DNA of 56,917 nt, filler included, from Sphacelaria rigidula (lineage: Eukaryota), in assembly GCA_964200075.2 (NCBI GenBank). It is 4 parts of 4 records of this genome, joined end to end, with 100 filler letters (N's around TTAATTAATTAA, not from the genome) between each part and the next. Parts side by side here need not be neighbours in the genome. Positions count along the whole stretch, not along the records: positions 1 to 14,160 come from CAXNAA020002424.1; 3 more parts are not named here. The stretch is one strand, 5' to 3'. The notes beneath the pieces are model-generated. The model was not told the DNA's origin, ran no database searches, and saw only the letters and a program-made list of their open reading frames with translations. Every line of letters begins with the position of its first letter. Position 1 is the stretch's first letter. This document shows, one piece after another, positions 1 through 11,814 of this stretch. The position numbers and the translations under genes are program-made.

Positions 1-1177
1 CACCCCCCCTATCGTAGGGTGACTCTGGGGCTCAGCAAGAGTTGCACAAGAAGGTGGCGCAGCGTGTTGACAAGAATCGTGATCTACAGAGACGTGTGGC
101 TAGTAAGGGGAAGCTTCCTAACTTTTTGGTGGGCGATTACGTGCTGGCGGCGAGGGTGAGGCGTTCGGGAACTACGCCGAAGCTTGTGAGTACGTGGACG
201 GGGCCTTGGCGGATTGTAACGGCGGAACAACAACATGTGTACGGGGTACAGAACATTGTGAGTGGCGAGGTACAGGATGTGCATGTCGCCCGCCTTCGAT
301 TTTATGCGGACAAGGCGCTGAAGATTACGGCTAATGTGAAGAAGGTGTTTCAGTATGCTTTTGCACAAGGCGAGTTCGAGATGGCGGCTATCGTCGGTAT
401 ATCTTAGGACGAAGCAGGAGATGGATTTCATGTACAAGTGTAGTGGGTCGGATTTGGCAAAGATGAAAACTCGTGGGAGCCTCTGGAAAATATTTTGGAC
501 GGAGCGCCGCAATTTGTAAAGTCTGAGCTGCGTAAGTTGGGACTAGGTAAAAAGGTGCGAGCACGTTTGCAGGCAAAGTATGGTATAAAGCTTTGAAGAT
601 ATGATGATATCGAATGCTACTGGTAAATATGGTACTATACTTGACACCTTTGCTTTGTGTGAGAATGATTGAGTCGAAATTACCGTTGGAGAATGGTTGA
701 CTTCCCTGAGTTCGCTTGAGACACTGTCGTTGAGTGTCGTTGTTCAAGGTTGTGCACGTTATTGTTTTCGTGGAACATGACAGTGCACGGTCGTGTGTCA
801 CTACCGGGGGGACAAAGGTAGCATACGTGATAGTCGGTGTCTACTATTTTGTCAAACTCGCGTTCTACTTCGAGTAGTGCGGAGTTTTGGGGGGTGTTGT
901 AGAGTAGTCTACCTCCAGTACACGTACGTGCAGGTTCATGATGACCTACAAGTGGAACAATCTGCTGTAGGCGTTTTCTATTGGTTGACGGACTTGCGGA
1001 TCTGATCGGCAGACTATGTGGGTTTGAACATCACATGCTTCACGCACGTGGTTAATTCCGATAACGAACGCTGTGTGTTCATGACTAACAACTGTCTTGA
1101 AGTCTCCAAGCCCTAGTGAGGGAGGAAGCCCTTGGAGAAATCTTGTGACCTTGTTCTGAGTCCAGGAGGGCTCTATA
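1..1177 (+). mobile_element. 3' end of degenerate Ty3/Gypsy chromovirus (element A): integrase C-terminus, chromodomain, G-rich tract and 3' LTR
   Basis: ORF 42-407 has a GPY/F-like motif (KLVSTWTGPWRIV...HVARLRFY). Reading through TAG stops at 405 and 441 gives FHVQV*WVGFGKDENSWEPLENI, a chromodomain, ending at TGA ~596. A G-run at 889-894 precedes an LTR-like unit TGTAGAG(898)...CTCTATA(1177). Confidence 0.88.
898..1177 (+). repeat. 3' LTR of element A (~280 bp)
   Basis: Starts TGTAGAG just after a G-rich tract and ends CTCTATA, a 6/7 inverted match to the start. Unrelated pol sequence resumes immediately after. Confidence 0.65.
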
Positions 1178-1240
1178 CCCCCTGCGAACAACAACCCGCC
1201 GACCGACCCCCCGAAATCCACGGGCCCCCCTCCGCTACAC

Positions 1241-4200
1241 ATGCCTGACCCCATGGTGGTGACATATCCACCGGGTGCGCCTGAATCTCAACCCCCAACT
1301 GCATCACTGGATAGATTTTCCCCAGAACAACGCGCCAGTTTTCAAACGTTGTGGGATGACATTCCCTCTCACTTACGGCATATTGTTTTTGATTTATCTG
1401 GCGATGGTTGGACACCCACTGTAATCGATAGATTGAGATCCATCTTGATTAGATACTCTGAACGGTTTTCTACTGCACCCTTTCTACTGCACCCTTGGAT
1501 TTAGGACGATGTACCACGACACCGTTTAAGATCAAGATTCCTGATGGCACTCTGCCTATCGCCATGCGTCCGTACCGCACGAACCCCCCCTTAGCGGATA
1601 AGATCCAGGTAATTCTCGATGGTTACTTATCCGCCGGTTTAATTCGGCACTCGACGTCTCCGTGGGCCTCGCCTTTAGTAGTCTTCCGTAGGAAAAAATG
1701 GCAAAATCAGACTGACGGTCAATTATCAACGATTGAACGCTGTCACCAAAATCGCCCGGCTGCCACTTCCACGGATTGATGGAATTATTGACTCTCTTGG
1801 CGGGGGTAAGGTATTTTCGAACTTTGACATGCAGTTCGGCTACCACCAGCTCGTGATGGATCCAAATTCCGTTGAACTGACAGCGTTTCGCACGCCATCA
1901 GGTTTGTACGAGTGGCTGGTTACACCACAAGGTGCCGCCCGAGCTCCAGGTGCGTTTCAACGTGTGATGTTCCGTGTAACGGATGGATTGCACAAATGTC
2001 ATATGTACCTTGATGATGCGGTGTGCCACGACTCCACAGCGGCTGAACACGTCGAACATTTGGCATCATTCTTTAATCGGTTTAAACCACACAACTTGAA
2101 ACTCGCCCCCTCCAAATCCCGCATTGGTGCCACGAAGAGTGAGTTTTTGGGTCATTGCATCACCGCCGAAGGTCGTAGCCCGAACCTCGACAAGGTCGCC
2201 GCACTCTCCGATATGCCCATGCCACGGGACATTTCTCAACTTCGTCCCTTGTTGGGAGGTCTCAGGTACTACAGACAGTACTTGCCAAACCTTGCCCAAA
2301 CGCTAAAACCCCTCACCACCCTCCTCAAAAAAGGGGTGAAATTTGTGTTCACATTGAAAATGGAAAAACCCGTCCGCCGTCTTCTTGACACCCTTTCGCG
2401 CCCGCCGATTCTCGTCTTCCCCGATTGGTCGGCCGCGGAGCAGGGTTCCCGCCCTTTCCGGCTCCACGCAATCTCTTCCAAAATTGGGTTTGGCTGCACA
2501 TTAGAACAGGAGCACGTCGATGCTACTGTTCGTCCCGTTTTCTATCTGAGTCGCACCAATTTTCCGAATGAACAGAATTGATCTGTCATGGAACAAGAGG
2601 CCGGCGCAGTTGTTTGGGGCGTGCGATGCCTTCGTCATCATTTGTATGACATCCCGTGTGTGACTTATACCGGTCATAAGTCTTTGGAAAGCCTTGCCAA
2701 AATGGCGGAACACAACGCTAGGGTCCAACGCTGGTTCGAAATCCTGTCGTCCTACAACTTTCAACTGAAGTACCGCACAGGTCCCTAGAATGCAAACACC
2801 GACTTTCTGTCACGCTTGCCCACACCAGCTCAAGCTATCGATGAATCCGCCTTGGGACGTATCACCAATCCCACCGAAGACATTGTATATTTCATAAGCA
2901 GGAATGGACAGAGGTCTCTACACACCACTTTCACTGAGAGAAAAACTGGCTTTAGGCATGGGTGGGCTGACGACCACAGCCCACGCATCAGTTCTAGGCA
3001 ACTTGCAACCTCAATCGTTGTACTCAGTTTGGAATGGACTGTCTACGAATGCTGTTGGCTATGATCATTTTCGTGCAACTGGCCAGCGCATGGTTTTCGC
3101 AGCAGGTGTAGAACCGTCCTTTGCTGACTCCATCTTACCAGTTCAAGTTCGAGATTTGATTTCGAATATGACTCGTGGACGGCGAACCGCCGAAACGGCC
3201 ACCAAATTAGCCGTATCTGGCCCTGACCTTCCCCTCCCTGCCCCCACCCCGGTCCCCGATAGTTTCCTTGCGCCTCCTCAACCTCCACGACGCAAGGCCT
3301 CCAGAAAATTGACCCCGACTGTGCCGCCCCTGCCAACCATAGCCGAAACCACGGCTGTGCTCCCCTCCCTTGGTGATGATATTGCAAACACCACCACAAC
3401 ACCCTTCACGCTAACCGACGCAGGAGTAGACGTCAACGTTCCGTCTGAGAGTACACCAACTGGTAGGCTCACCCTTGATTCTGAAATCACCGCTTCGTGC
3501 CAGCCCCGCCCCGAACCGACCCAACACGAAGTAGACGCTTCAAAAGATGGTGTATTCAAGGAACGTTTGACTCTCTTCTCCCACGCCGATTGGGCCCGGA
3601 AACAACAGGCAGAACCTGCTTATCCATTATCTATCTAAAGGTTGCCCATGTCCATTATCAGAATCCGGATTCCTTTTGCCAGTCGGGAATCTCAAAGCGC
3701 CCACACCGGATGAAGTTACTGAACTTTCAAGGAAAGGTATGCTACATACGGATAATGATGGTATAGTTCTGTTAGTTCGCCGGCCCACAGCAGCCCTCCC
3801 CAGGGGGAAGCCTACAAGTCGACATGCCCGTTTGCTAAGTGATGAACGCATCCGCATCTATGTCCCGATGCTCCTGCGCCCATGGGTTTTACACGAATGC
3901 CATTCACAGGCATCGACTCATTTAGGTGCCATGAGGACCTCCCACATGTTGGAACGTTTTTATTGGTGGATTTGTATGGATCAGTGTTGTCATTGGTGGG
4001 TGAGGCGTTGTCTTTTGTGTCAGGCGCGAAACCCTTCTCGTCAAACAGTTCGTTGGCCGGTTGTTTCCATGCCACTCCCAAACGGGCGTGGTGAGGTAGT
4101 TTCGTGGGACTATTTTCGTCCTCTGCCCCTGACGGATAGTGGAAATATGTATCTCTTGTTGTTTACGGATAGATTTAGTCGACATGCGGTGATGCACGCT

Positions 4201-5764
4201 GTCCCCCCCAGTAGTTATAACGGGCAAGGTACCGCCATTACTCTTGTCTACATGTACATCCCACAGTGGGGTGCGCCCAAACGCTTACTTTCTGACAACG
4301 GCCCGCACTTTTCAGGCAAACTTTCAGCCGCCGTCGGTAACCTTTTGGGTGCCCATCGCATTTTTACTAGTTCATATCACCCTTCCACCAATGGTAGAAC
4401 AGAACGAGTGAACCATACGATGGCACAGATGCTTGCTGCTGTAGAAAATGAGAAACAGATGGACTGGGACCTGAACCTGCCCCTTGTCCAAATGAACTAC
4501 AACAATTCAGTCAATGCAGCTACGGGATTGTCGCCGAATGAAATTCATATTTGACGCATGCCTAGGTTAACTTTAACGGTATTCGAACGCAAAAATAGAG
4601 GCGGACATCAGAGTCTAGATCGTGATGTTGTAGAGTATCATTTGTCGGTTAGCAATCACCTTCGTCTTGCATATGAAGTGGTACGAGAACAGAACCAAGT
4701 CAATTTGGCCAAGGTGACCAGGGCGAACTAGATGTTGGATGATGTGGTATATAACCGCCCGGTGTGGAAGGTAGGCCAATGGGCATGAATGGATAACGAT
4801 GTGAAGACCAACAATCAAGGGGCTAGCTCGAAATCATCATCTTTGGACAAAGTGTTGAAGGCGAAACTATCCCTGAATTGGACTGGTCCTGGGGAAATTT
4901 TAGCTGTTGGCCCAAGCGCTACCGCACCCGACAAGAGTCCGATGGGAGCGAAACTTCTGTATTTACATTTTCCCACGGATGAGTCTGATTTGAAATCGAA
5001 AAATCGCGTCTCGATGCTACGATGCAAACCGTGTATCCCCCCTCATGACTCCTCCGACATGCCCAAACCACTGCCGCTAGGGCTTAAGCCAGTATGTGTT
5101 GACCAAGTGTGCGATCAAACCTCCGCCGTATCATATGACGGTTGAGGATGCGGACGTACCCCTGGAACGCGTTGAGGTAGATAGGATTTCGGACCACCAA
5201 CTGGTTCGCGGTCGTGGAGGTAAGGTAGCGGTAATGTACCAAACACATTGGAAAGGTATCATGCGTGTTACACGGGAGCGTGAAGTTGATTTGCGTCATT
5301 TTCGTCGGGAGATATTGCTGTACTGGGTAGGAGATACCGTCCAACACCGCCGGTTGAATAAGAGATATCGGTCGATGCGCAAGGGAGCTGCCGCTCGGGA
5401 ACTGGCACGTGAACACTCAGCGCGTTTTGTTGTGACAGGCTATAGCCTTCTTTCGCGTTCACAATACATGCAGTGTTTTCACGGAAAACGATTGCCGAAA
5501 GGGGCGTATTTTTGGTATAAGGCCTTGGATTCACTGTGGTGGTTGGGTAAAATTCACTTGGTCGATCCTCCATCTGACCACTCCTACTTTATCCGTTTCC
5601 TCGATGACCCGAGCCCCCTTAAGATTCGCTTGGATGATGCGTACTACACCGAGGTGCCGACCGCTCGGAGGGGATCCTGCTGCCTCCAACGACACGACCA
5701 AGGCGATCTCGACACTGCCGTTCTACGGAACACGGACACCGCTTGGGATGCAGATGACTCATGA
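1241..5764 (+). pseudogene. pol polyprotein pseudogene (RT, RNase H, integrase, chromodomain, PWWP/Tudor-like)
   Basis: RT: SPWASPLVV, LPLPRID, GYHQL, TAFRTPSGLYEW, YLDD (2006), EFLGH. RNase H region 2450-2815: EQEAGAVVWGV, ARVQRW. Integrase: HECHSQASTHLG...CLLCQ, SWDYF, LSDNGPHF, HPSTNGRTERVN, WTGP. Broken by many frameshifts and stops (1504, ~1700, 2581, 2788, 4554). Confidence 0.95.
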
Positions 5765-8518
5765 TGCATTCGAGTCTGCTTCCCCATTCACCTTGCGTAG
5801 TGTACCGCGTTCGAGTCGCTTGACTTGCACCGTAGCGTCGTTGGAAAACCATGTCTTCCGCCCCCTCCCCCCCTTCATTTTTTTTTCGTACTGATTAGCC
5901 CCGTACTTGTAGTGGTTGATGTTGTGTTTTGCATTCGGTATTTCGTCATTTGTTCTTGTATTTTGTATTTTTTCTTGAGCTGTGTTTTGTTTTTTGTTGC
6001 TTTGGATCCTGATTATGTGCTTCGCTTTTCTTTGCCTTTGCGTCATCTATTTTGACTTTTTTTGTCGTTGTTTTTTTGTTTTTCTTCTCTTCTTTTCTTC
6101 TCTTTTCGCCTCGTGCTTTGTGTTCGATTTTTTTTGTGTTCAATGGGTAATTTTCTTGGTTAATTCTGGGTTCATCTGGCAAAGTAAAGGTGACGACCGT
6201 TCCATTCCTGACCCCGAGTCTGGAACGTTGAACCTCCGTCCTCCGCGCCGTACATTCACAACCATTCCGTCTACTGGAACAGTTGCCACAAGTTATTTAT
6301 TCCTCCATTTTGTTTTCGTTGTACGCACCATTTGTCTTCTATTGTGTAATATGTTGTTGTTTTTTCAAAAAACAATTCGGTCGAGAGTTTTAGGAGCGAG
6401 CGCTAGCCATACCTGACATCCCCGTCTGGAATAATTGCGCTCTTGCCCAACCGCTTCGTACACGCATACCGCCTCCCCCTTCAGGATCAGTAATGACGTG
6501 TCCCCTTTTGTGTGCGTACCACGTTAAGTTTTATATTGACATGGGCGATAGTAGCCGAAGCCGAGTGCCTGAAATGTTTTGACTTCTTGGCTGAAAAATT
6601 TGGCGCCGCTTGCTTCATACACACGATAACCGCCCCCGTTTACAAGGACGATTGCCATGTGTTGTTTTTCTGCTTTATGTTGCGGATATTTCGTTTTCAC
6701 TGTTGCCCAGCGTGCTCCTGGTTTTGTATTTATCTTGGTCTTGGTTTCTGCGTCTATCTCGGGAATTTGAGATGAGTGTTTCAATGTTCCTGACCCTCGA
6801 GTTGAGAACACTTGGCCTACCTTTTTTTTGCAAGTCCTGCCGCGTGTGACCGACCTCGTGTATAAGAAGGTCACGGGTGATGCGACGCGATGATTAATAC
6901 TTGGTGATTGGTAAGTTACAACGAGGTCACCACTGGCCGCGTCGTACATAGCGGTGTTGAAGAACTGTCATTGAAGTCGCGGTATAATCGGTTGCAAACG
7001 TCTCCTCATACAGGACCATCACGTATCATGATAAGGTAGATTGCTCTTACGGAACTGTCCGTCCCGCCATGTCGATATTCGACCGTTGGTACAGCCTACA
7101 GGCTCAGAGTCCGCAACTCGCTATTTTTTCTGTCACTTTTACCAGCTTTTCGCGTACAATTACCCACACCTGAAATCGGTCGCTGGTGTTCTGTTTTTAT
7201 CAGGGGTTATTGGGTGAACTAACGTGACGGTACGACCGGCTGTGGGTTTTACTCCAGTTTGTGTTCGGGCCAGTCTCGTTTAGTCCGAACGGGCAAATAC
7301 TGTGAGGGGTGGGCTGCGTTGGCCCTCTCTGTTCTGTGTATTTGTCGTGGCTCAGAAATGTGTTGGGCGATCCGCCTCGGAACTACGTAGTAGGCTCGAA
7401 GGTTGTGTATCGACTCCACCACGTTTATTTTGACGTGTACGGACACCTGACCTCACAAATCGGTCGGTTGTTTTCGTATCTCGTCGGGTAAAAAGAACAG
7501 AAGCTGTACGACTGGATCATCACCCCGACGTCTCAAGCAAGTTGTTACTCTCACAAACATGTACCGGCAATTAACTCCCGTCAACGAGTTGATTTTTCCG
7601 TATCATGCTATTTGGGTTTTTTTATCAACTTATGGGTTTCGCGGGAAACTACCATTTCCGCGACGAAATCGCCTGTACGTTGCTGGCTTTTGCTGATTGA
7701 CTAGGACGAGTGATTAGCATGAACTTGGTTATCGGAGTGATATAATACCTTGGCAGGCTTACTTGTTTTTCTACCAATGACCTAAACAAAATCGGGCATT
7801 CACAAGAGAGTAAACTATTATGTTCATGATATAGTTATGGCAGAGTAGGATGATTATTTCAATGATAGGTGTCTGATTTCCTGTGGCTATCCCGGAAATG
7901 CTCACGGCATTCGGAGGACACTGCACATTTTGTGGTACATAGTTTTGATTGTTGATTTTGGATTTTTTTTGGATTTTTCATGACTCCATCTGCAACGCTC
8001 ACGGAACATGAGGACGCTGAATTCTTGTATCGGTTATATCTTTTTTGCTCTTTGCTTTGTTTGTGTTTGCGTTTGTGTTTCTTCCCGGGTTTTTTGTGTT
8101 GGTCGTACCTTATGGTTCCCCGTACCGAAGAACACTCAAAATGAGTCTCAGTGTTCTGTGGTGTGGGAAATGTGTGGCTCGATGTAAGTTCGTCCCTTTT
8201 GAAAAGTAACTGCACTTGAACGATCCAGGGTGGGCTAATGTGATGATAAATGACCGAGTGCGTGAATTAAACAAGTTCTTTGAGATTTGCTGATGGTCCC
8301 CAGAAACGACCGGTGGGTATGAAAAGGTTCTAGTCGGATGTGTGCTTGTGTACGAGAGAAAGAAGGTTGTTGAAGCGTTGATCCAGTTCACAAGTCGGAT
8401 AAGGTCTGTACCCGAGTAGCCGCGTGTACTCGCTGCTTCTACAGCTTCGATTGGCTAGAGCATGGCGCGTCATGCTGATTTTGTACCATGACAAGGTTGT
8501 AAGCGAGGAAGGAGGACG

Positions 8519-8810
8519 TGTTGGTAGAGCAGCGAACCAAGCTGCCGCTACCCACCTTCTTCACTCGACCCACCGGCCATTCTGCAGGCATCAATTGGAT
8601 ATAAGCAGAGCTATTTTACCCATCACCTACCACCATTGGTCTCTCCTGCCTTCACCGTCGCAAGCCCACAGCCTTGACGTGAGTCTTTAGCTGTGCTGTA
8701 CTATCTCCCTCATCCGCAATTGTTATTGTATTCTGGCTTTGGGCTTTGTGATATCCCATGAGCAGCTGGTTATTGTATTGAGAGATTGAAACCGCAATTC
8801 GAGTTCAACA
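8519..8810 (+). repeat. Putative 3' LTR of element B
   Basis: TGTTG at 8519 follows the PPT, and CAACA lies at 8806-8810. An alternative end is CGACA at 8911. Confidence 0.6.
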
Positions 8811-8911
8811 AAACGATCCAGGATCGCTTGCTGACATCCTCCGAAGGGTGTGGCTTGCTTGCGTCGGCGTATGCGGCATTACTGCTCTGCGGTATCGCTT
8901 ATACTTCGACA

Positions 8912-9200
8912 CAACCCACAACAGTGGAGAGCGACAATATCGTGGGTGCACAAAAAAATCGACTTCATGGTCGACGAGGGAAAGGGACTGCTGAAGCCCT
9001 CTCGCGATACAAAAGAAAGTCAAACACCACAGAAGGGAGGTGGAGAAATAAAGCAAACAAAAAAGAAAAAAACTCCTGTGTTGCCCTTCCTACTGTGTGA
9101 CCCCGGCTGATGCGCCCACATGTACGGCGAGGTGAAGACCGGCGTCCGGAATAAATGGGACGATGACACACACAACACACACGACACAAAACATCAACAC
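8912..9200 (+). mobile_element. 5'-truncated SINE copy with (CA)-rich tail
   Basis: 8915-9047 aligns with 51894-52020 (CAGTGGAGAGCGAC...TCGACTTCATGGTCGACG...GGTGGAG). It ends GGAATAAATGGGACGATGACACACACAACACAC. Confidence 0.7.
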
Positions 9201-9240
9201 CTTGAATGTACTATACAGTTTAAACTCTGAACACTTCGCC

Positions 9241-9760
9241 CTATGTTGTATCCAAGGAGCATTGCTGCGGCAATGCGATCACTATATGAGTTTGCCCCTG
9301 TCTACTATACAGGCACGCCCGGAGGATAGAGAACACTCGCTCTAGGGAGCATGACGGTGGCTGCATTAGCGCCAGATCCATCGCCACGCTGTGCCAAGCT
9401 GGCAGACGGCTCCTGTTTTCCCTCCAAAACGTCAATAGCTCGTATTTGGCATCGACGTCGGTTGCCGTTAAGCAATATTCGTCCCTTTCGATAACGAGCT
9501 TGTCGACGATGTCATTCGTCACAAACAGAAACACCGTCAGATGCTGATGTCATCCTTCGGGTACATGTGTTGCTTCATGTACGTCAAGTTCGCGAGCTTG
9601 GCAGCTTTGAAGAGTTCCATGTTTGTCGCCTCCGAGCAGGTCTCCTGGTACCGAATGCGATCGTTGGCGTACACACGTACCTCGTGGACTCTATCCTGCA
9701 TTCTGTTACGCAGGAGATCAGACTTGGTACTGAATGTTGTTGAAAATGGGAGCATAAATT
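9241..9760 (-). pseudogene. hAT transposase C-terminal dimerisation-domain remnant
   Basis: LLTFWRENRSRLPAWHSVAMDLALMQPPSCSLERVFS matches the hAT C-terminal W...P..S...ERxFS pattern. Split across two ORFs (9241-9534, 9537-9755). Confidence 0.8.
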
Positions 9761-10007
9761 GAGCATATATTCCAATTTACGAGCAAAAGTTTTGGTGAGA
9801 TTACTAGCACAAAAAAATGACCCTACTAGCATAATAAGTATAAGCCTAGACCCAACGTTCATGTGAACTCAACATATCGGGGTGACATACTATATCCGTA
9901 CAGTATTAGTATATTTCTGTGTTATCGATCACGCATGTAAAGGGGGGTCAACCATCAAGCTATCACAGTCTTACATGTCTGGGCTTCTGTCTTTGGTGCA
10001 TGTCTCA

Positions 10008-10894
10008 GACCCACTTTTATGGCAAAGAATCTCGATTTTTTTGGGATCCCGATTTTGAAAAAAATCGGTGGGACTCAAATTCGCGGACTCAAAATCGGGG
10101 GGACCGTTCTATGGCACAGACAGTGCAGTATCACAGGTTTGTGAAACGGTTCTGTACACAGACGGTCATTTTCTGCGTGAGTGTGGTACTGCGTACTTGT
10201 GCATGAAGCCGAAGAGCAGGCAGGCGGTAAACAATCCTTCGAGTACAGTGTCGTACCTTGGTACCCTAGGGCAATACAGTGCAGGACACTACATCAGTAC
10301 AGTACATGATAATGCCTTGTGGTTCTACTTGATGGCACAGTCGGAATTGCGAGAACAGAGAACAAACAGTGCGCGAGCAGCGTGTAGTAGTACAGTGCCG
10401 TACATCACCCCTCAGGTACAGCGACAACAGCTAGGAGAGTACAGTAGCGGTCGTTATTATGGTGATAAATATGACAGCGCAGCGCAGCAAAAAATGTTAC
10501 TAATATCGCCGCAGGGTTTGGCGTCAGCACTCATTATCCGCTTGCCAAACCCCGTGCGAAGTTGCTTCAGCAGCTGCGGGTGGGCAGTAGGCACGCCCTG
10601 TGCTGTAACGAGACTGTCTTCTGCTGCCGTTGCAAAAAATATCAAACGCATCGTACTCTAGCGTTGTACGTCAATGCACGTACGTCACCTCAAAAAAATC
10701 GGGAGGAGTCACGGTCTCGGAACGATTTTCCCCGATTTTTTCGAAAAGTCAGGGGAAACCGTTCCAAGATCGTGACCCCCCGATTGTTTCGCCCCCGATT
10801 TGGTCCAAATCCGTGTCCATGAAATGCGTTCCCCGATTTTTTTCCCCCCCGATTTCGAAAAAATCGAGATTCGTGCCTGTCATGAAAGTGGGTC
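10008..10894. mobile_element. Non-autonomous DNA transposon, 3-bp TCA TSD (PIF/Harbinger-like)
   Basis: TCA|GACCCACTTT...AAAGTGGGTC|TCA. The TIR extends imperfectly to GAATCTCGATTTTTT, with multiple subterminal CCCGATTT/AAATCGGG motifs. Confidence 0.8.
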
Positions 10895-10949
10895 TCACCT
10901 TTGTTGCGATATGAGCGACAGAAGGCCGATCATTTTTTTCTCTTGATAT

Positions 10950-11392
10950 GAGGGAACACAAAATGGTTAGCTTCATTATTTCATGTCTATACCAGTATCT
11001 GATCCGTGTTCTGGTTAATGAACAGGGGAAAATGGCTAGCTTCGGTATTTCGTGTCTGCATCCGGTCTGTGATGTGGTGATGGGAAAAAATGGTTAGCTT
11101 CGTTATCTCATGTTTGTGCCCGGCCTGCGCTCTGGTTAGTACAAAGATAGAAATGATTAGCTTCGTTGTTCCATGACTATATCCGGTCTTGTGTTGATGT
11201 GAAGACAAAATGGTTTGTTCCGCTATTTCACTTTCATGTCCAGTCTGTGTTTGGGTACTGGGGTGAAAAAAAAGTGCTTGACTTTTGTAGCTCAAATCCA
11301 TGTCTGAGCTGTGTTGTGGTAATTCAAAAGAAGAAATGCTTAACTTCGTCACTTCATGTCTGGATCCGGTCTGTGTGTGAGGAAGGCGTATC
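10950..11392. repeat. Degenerate ~60-bp minisatellite (~7 units, one more unit at 11760-11812)
   Basis: Recurring AAAATGGTTAGCTTCGTTATTTCATGTCT...ATCCGGTCTGTG. Confidence 0.8.
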
Positions 11393-11814
11393 GCTAGGGT
11401 AGACAGACTGGAGGAGGAGGCTATGTCGGGAGAGATCGTCTTCATGCCGAGGGAACTCCGGGGAGGGCGATGATTTCCTCTCGTGACATGTAGGCAAGAT
11501 GTTGGGTCAGACGAGAAATGATCGCCTGGGGGCGACGAGTTCCTCGGGGGATGTTTGATCGTCCTGATATCAGGCTTTTCCTGGCACCACCCCAAGTTGT
11601 CTAATATACTGTAGTTGTTTTCATTAATACAGGGTCCTCGGTAATCTGATCCTTTCGAACCGTTCCTACCTTGTACCTTCTTGCTCTGGTTCTTAATACC
11701 TGTGTGGCACCAGTCTCTGATATGTCACTGCAAAGATGCGTCTTCCAAAGGTCGTCCACATGCGTTCTGGTTCCACAAAGAAAAGTGGTCAGCTTCATTA
11801 ATCCATGTTCACTA

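Larger units (their letters stand above)
1178..8810 (+). mobile_element. Degenerate Ty3/Gypsy LTR retrotransposon (element B): RT, RNase H, integrase, chromodomain, PWWP-like domain, long 3' region, PPT, 3' LTR. gag/protease are not in the window
   Basis: Gypsy domain order RT-RH-IN. PPT AAGCGAGGAAGGAGGACG (8501-8518) is directly followed by TGTTG. Assigning 5765-8810 to this element is inference. Confidence 0.8.

Noticed and set aside
5825..6416. Hydrophobic F/C/V-rich ORFs as env-like membrane proteins
   Set aside because: They are translations of T-rich low-complexity DNA.
10068..10661. 197-aa ORF as a transposase
   Set aside because: Lies in the low-complexity core of a MITE with no DDE or Myb-like motifs.
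10950..11392. Repeat-spacer (CRISPR-like) array
   Set aside because: The apparent spacers are homologous to each other, so this is a diverged minisatellite.
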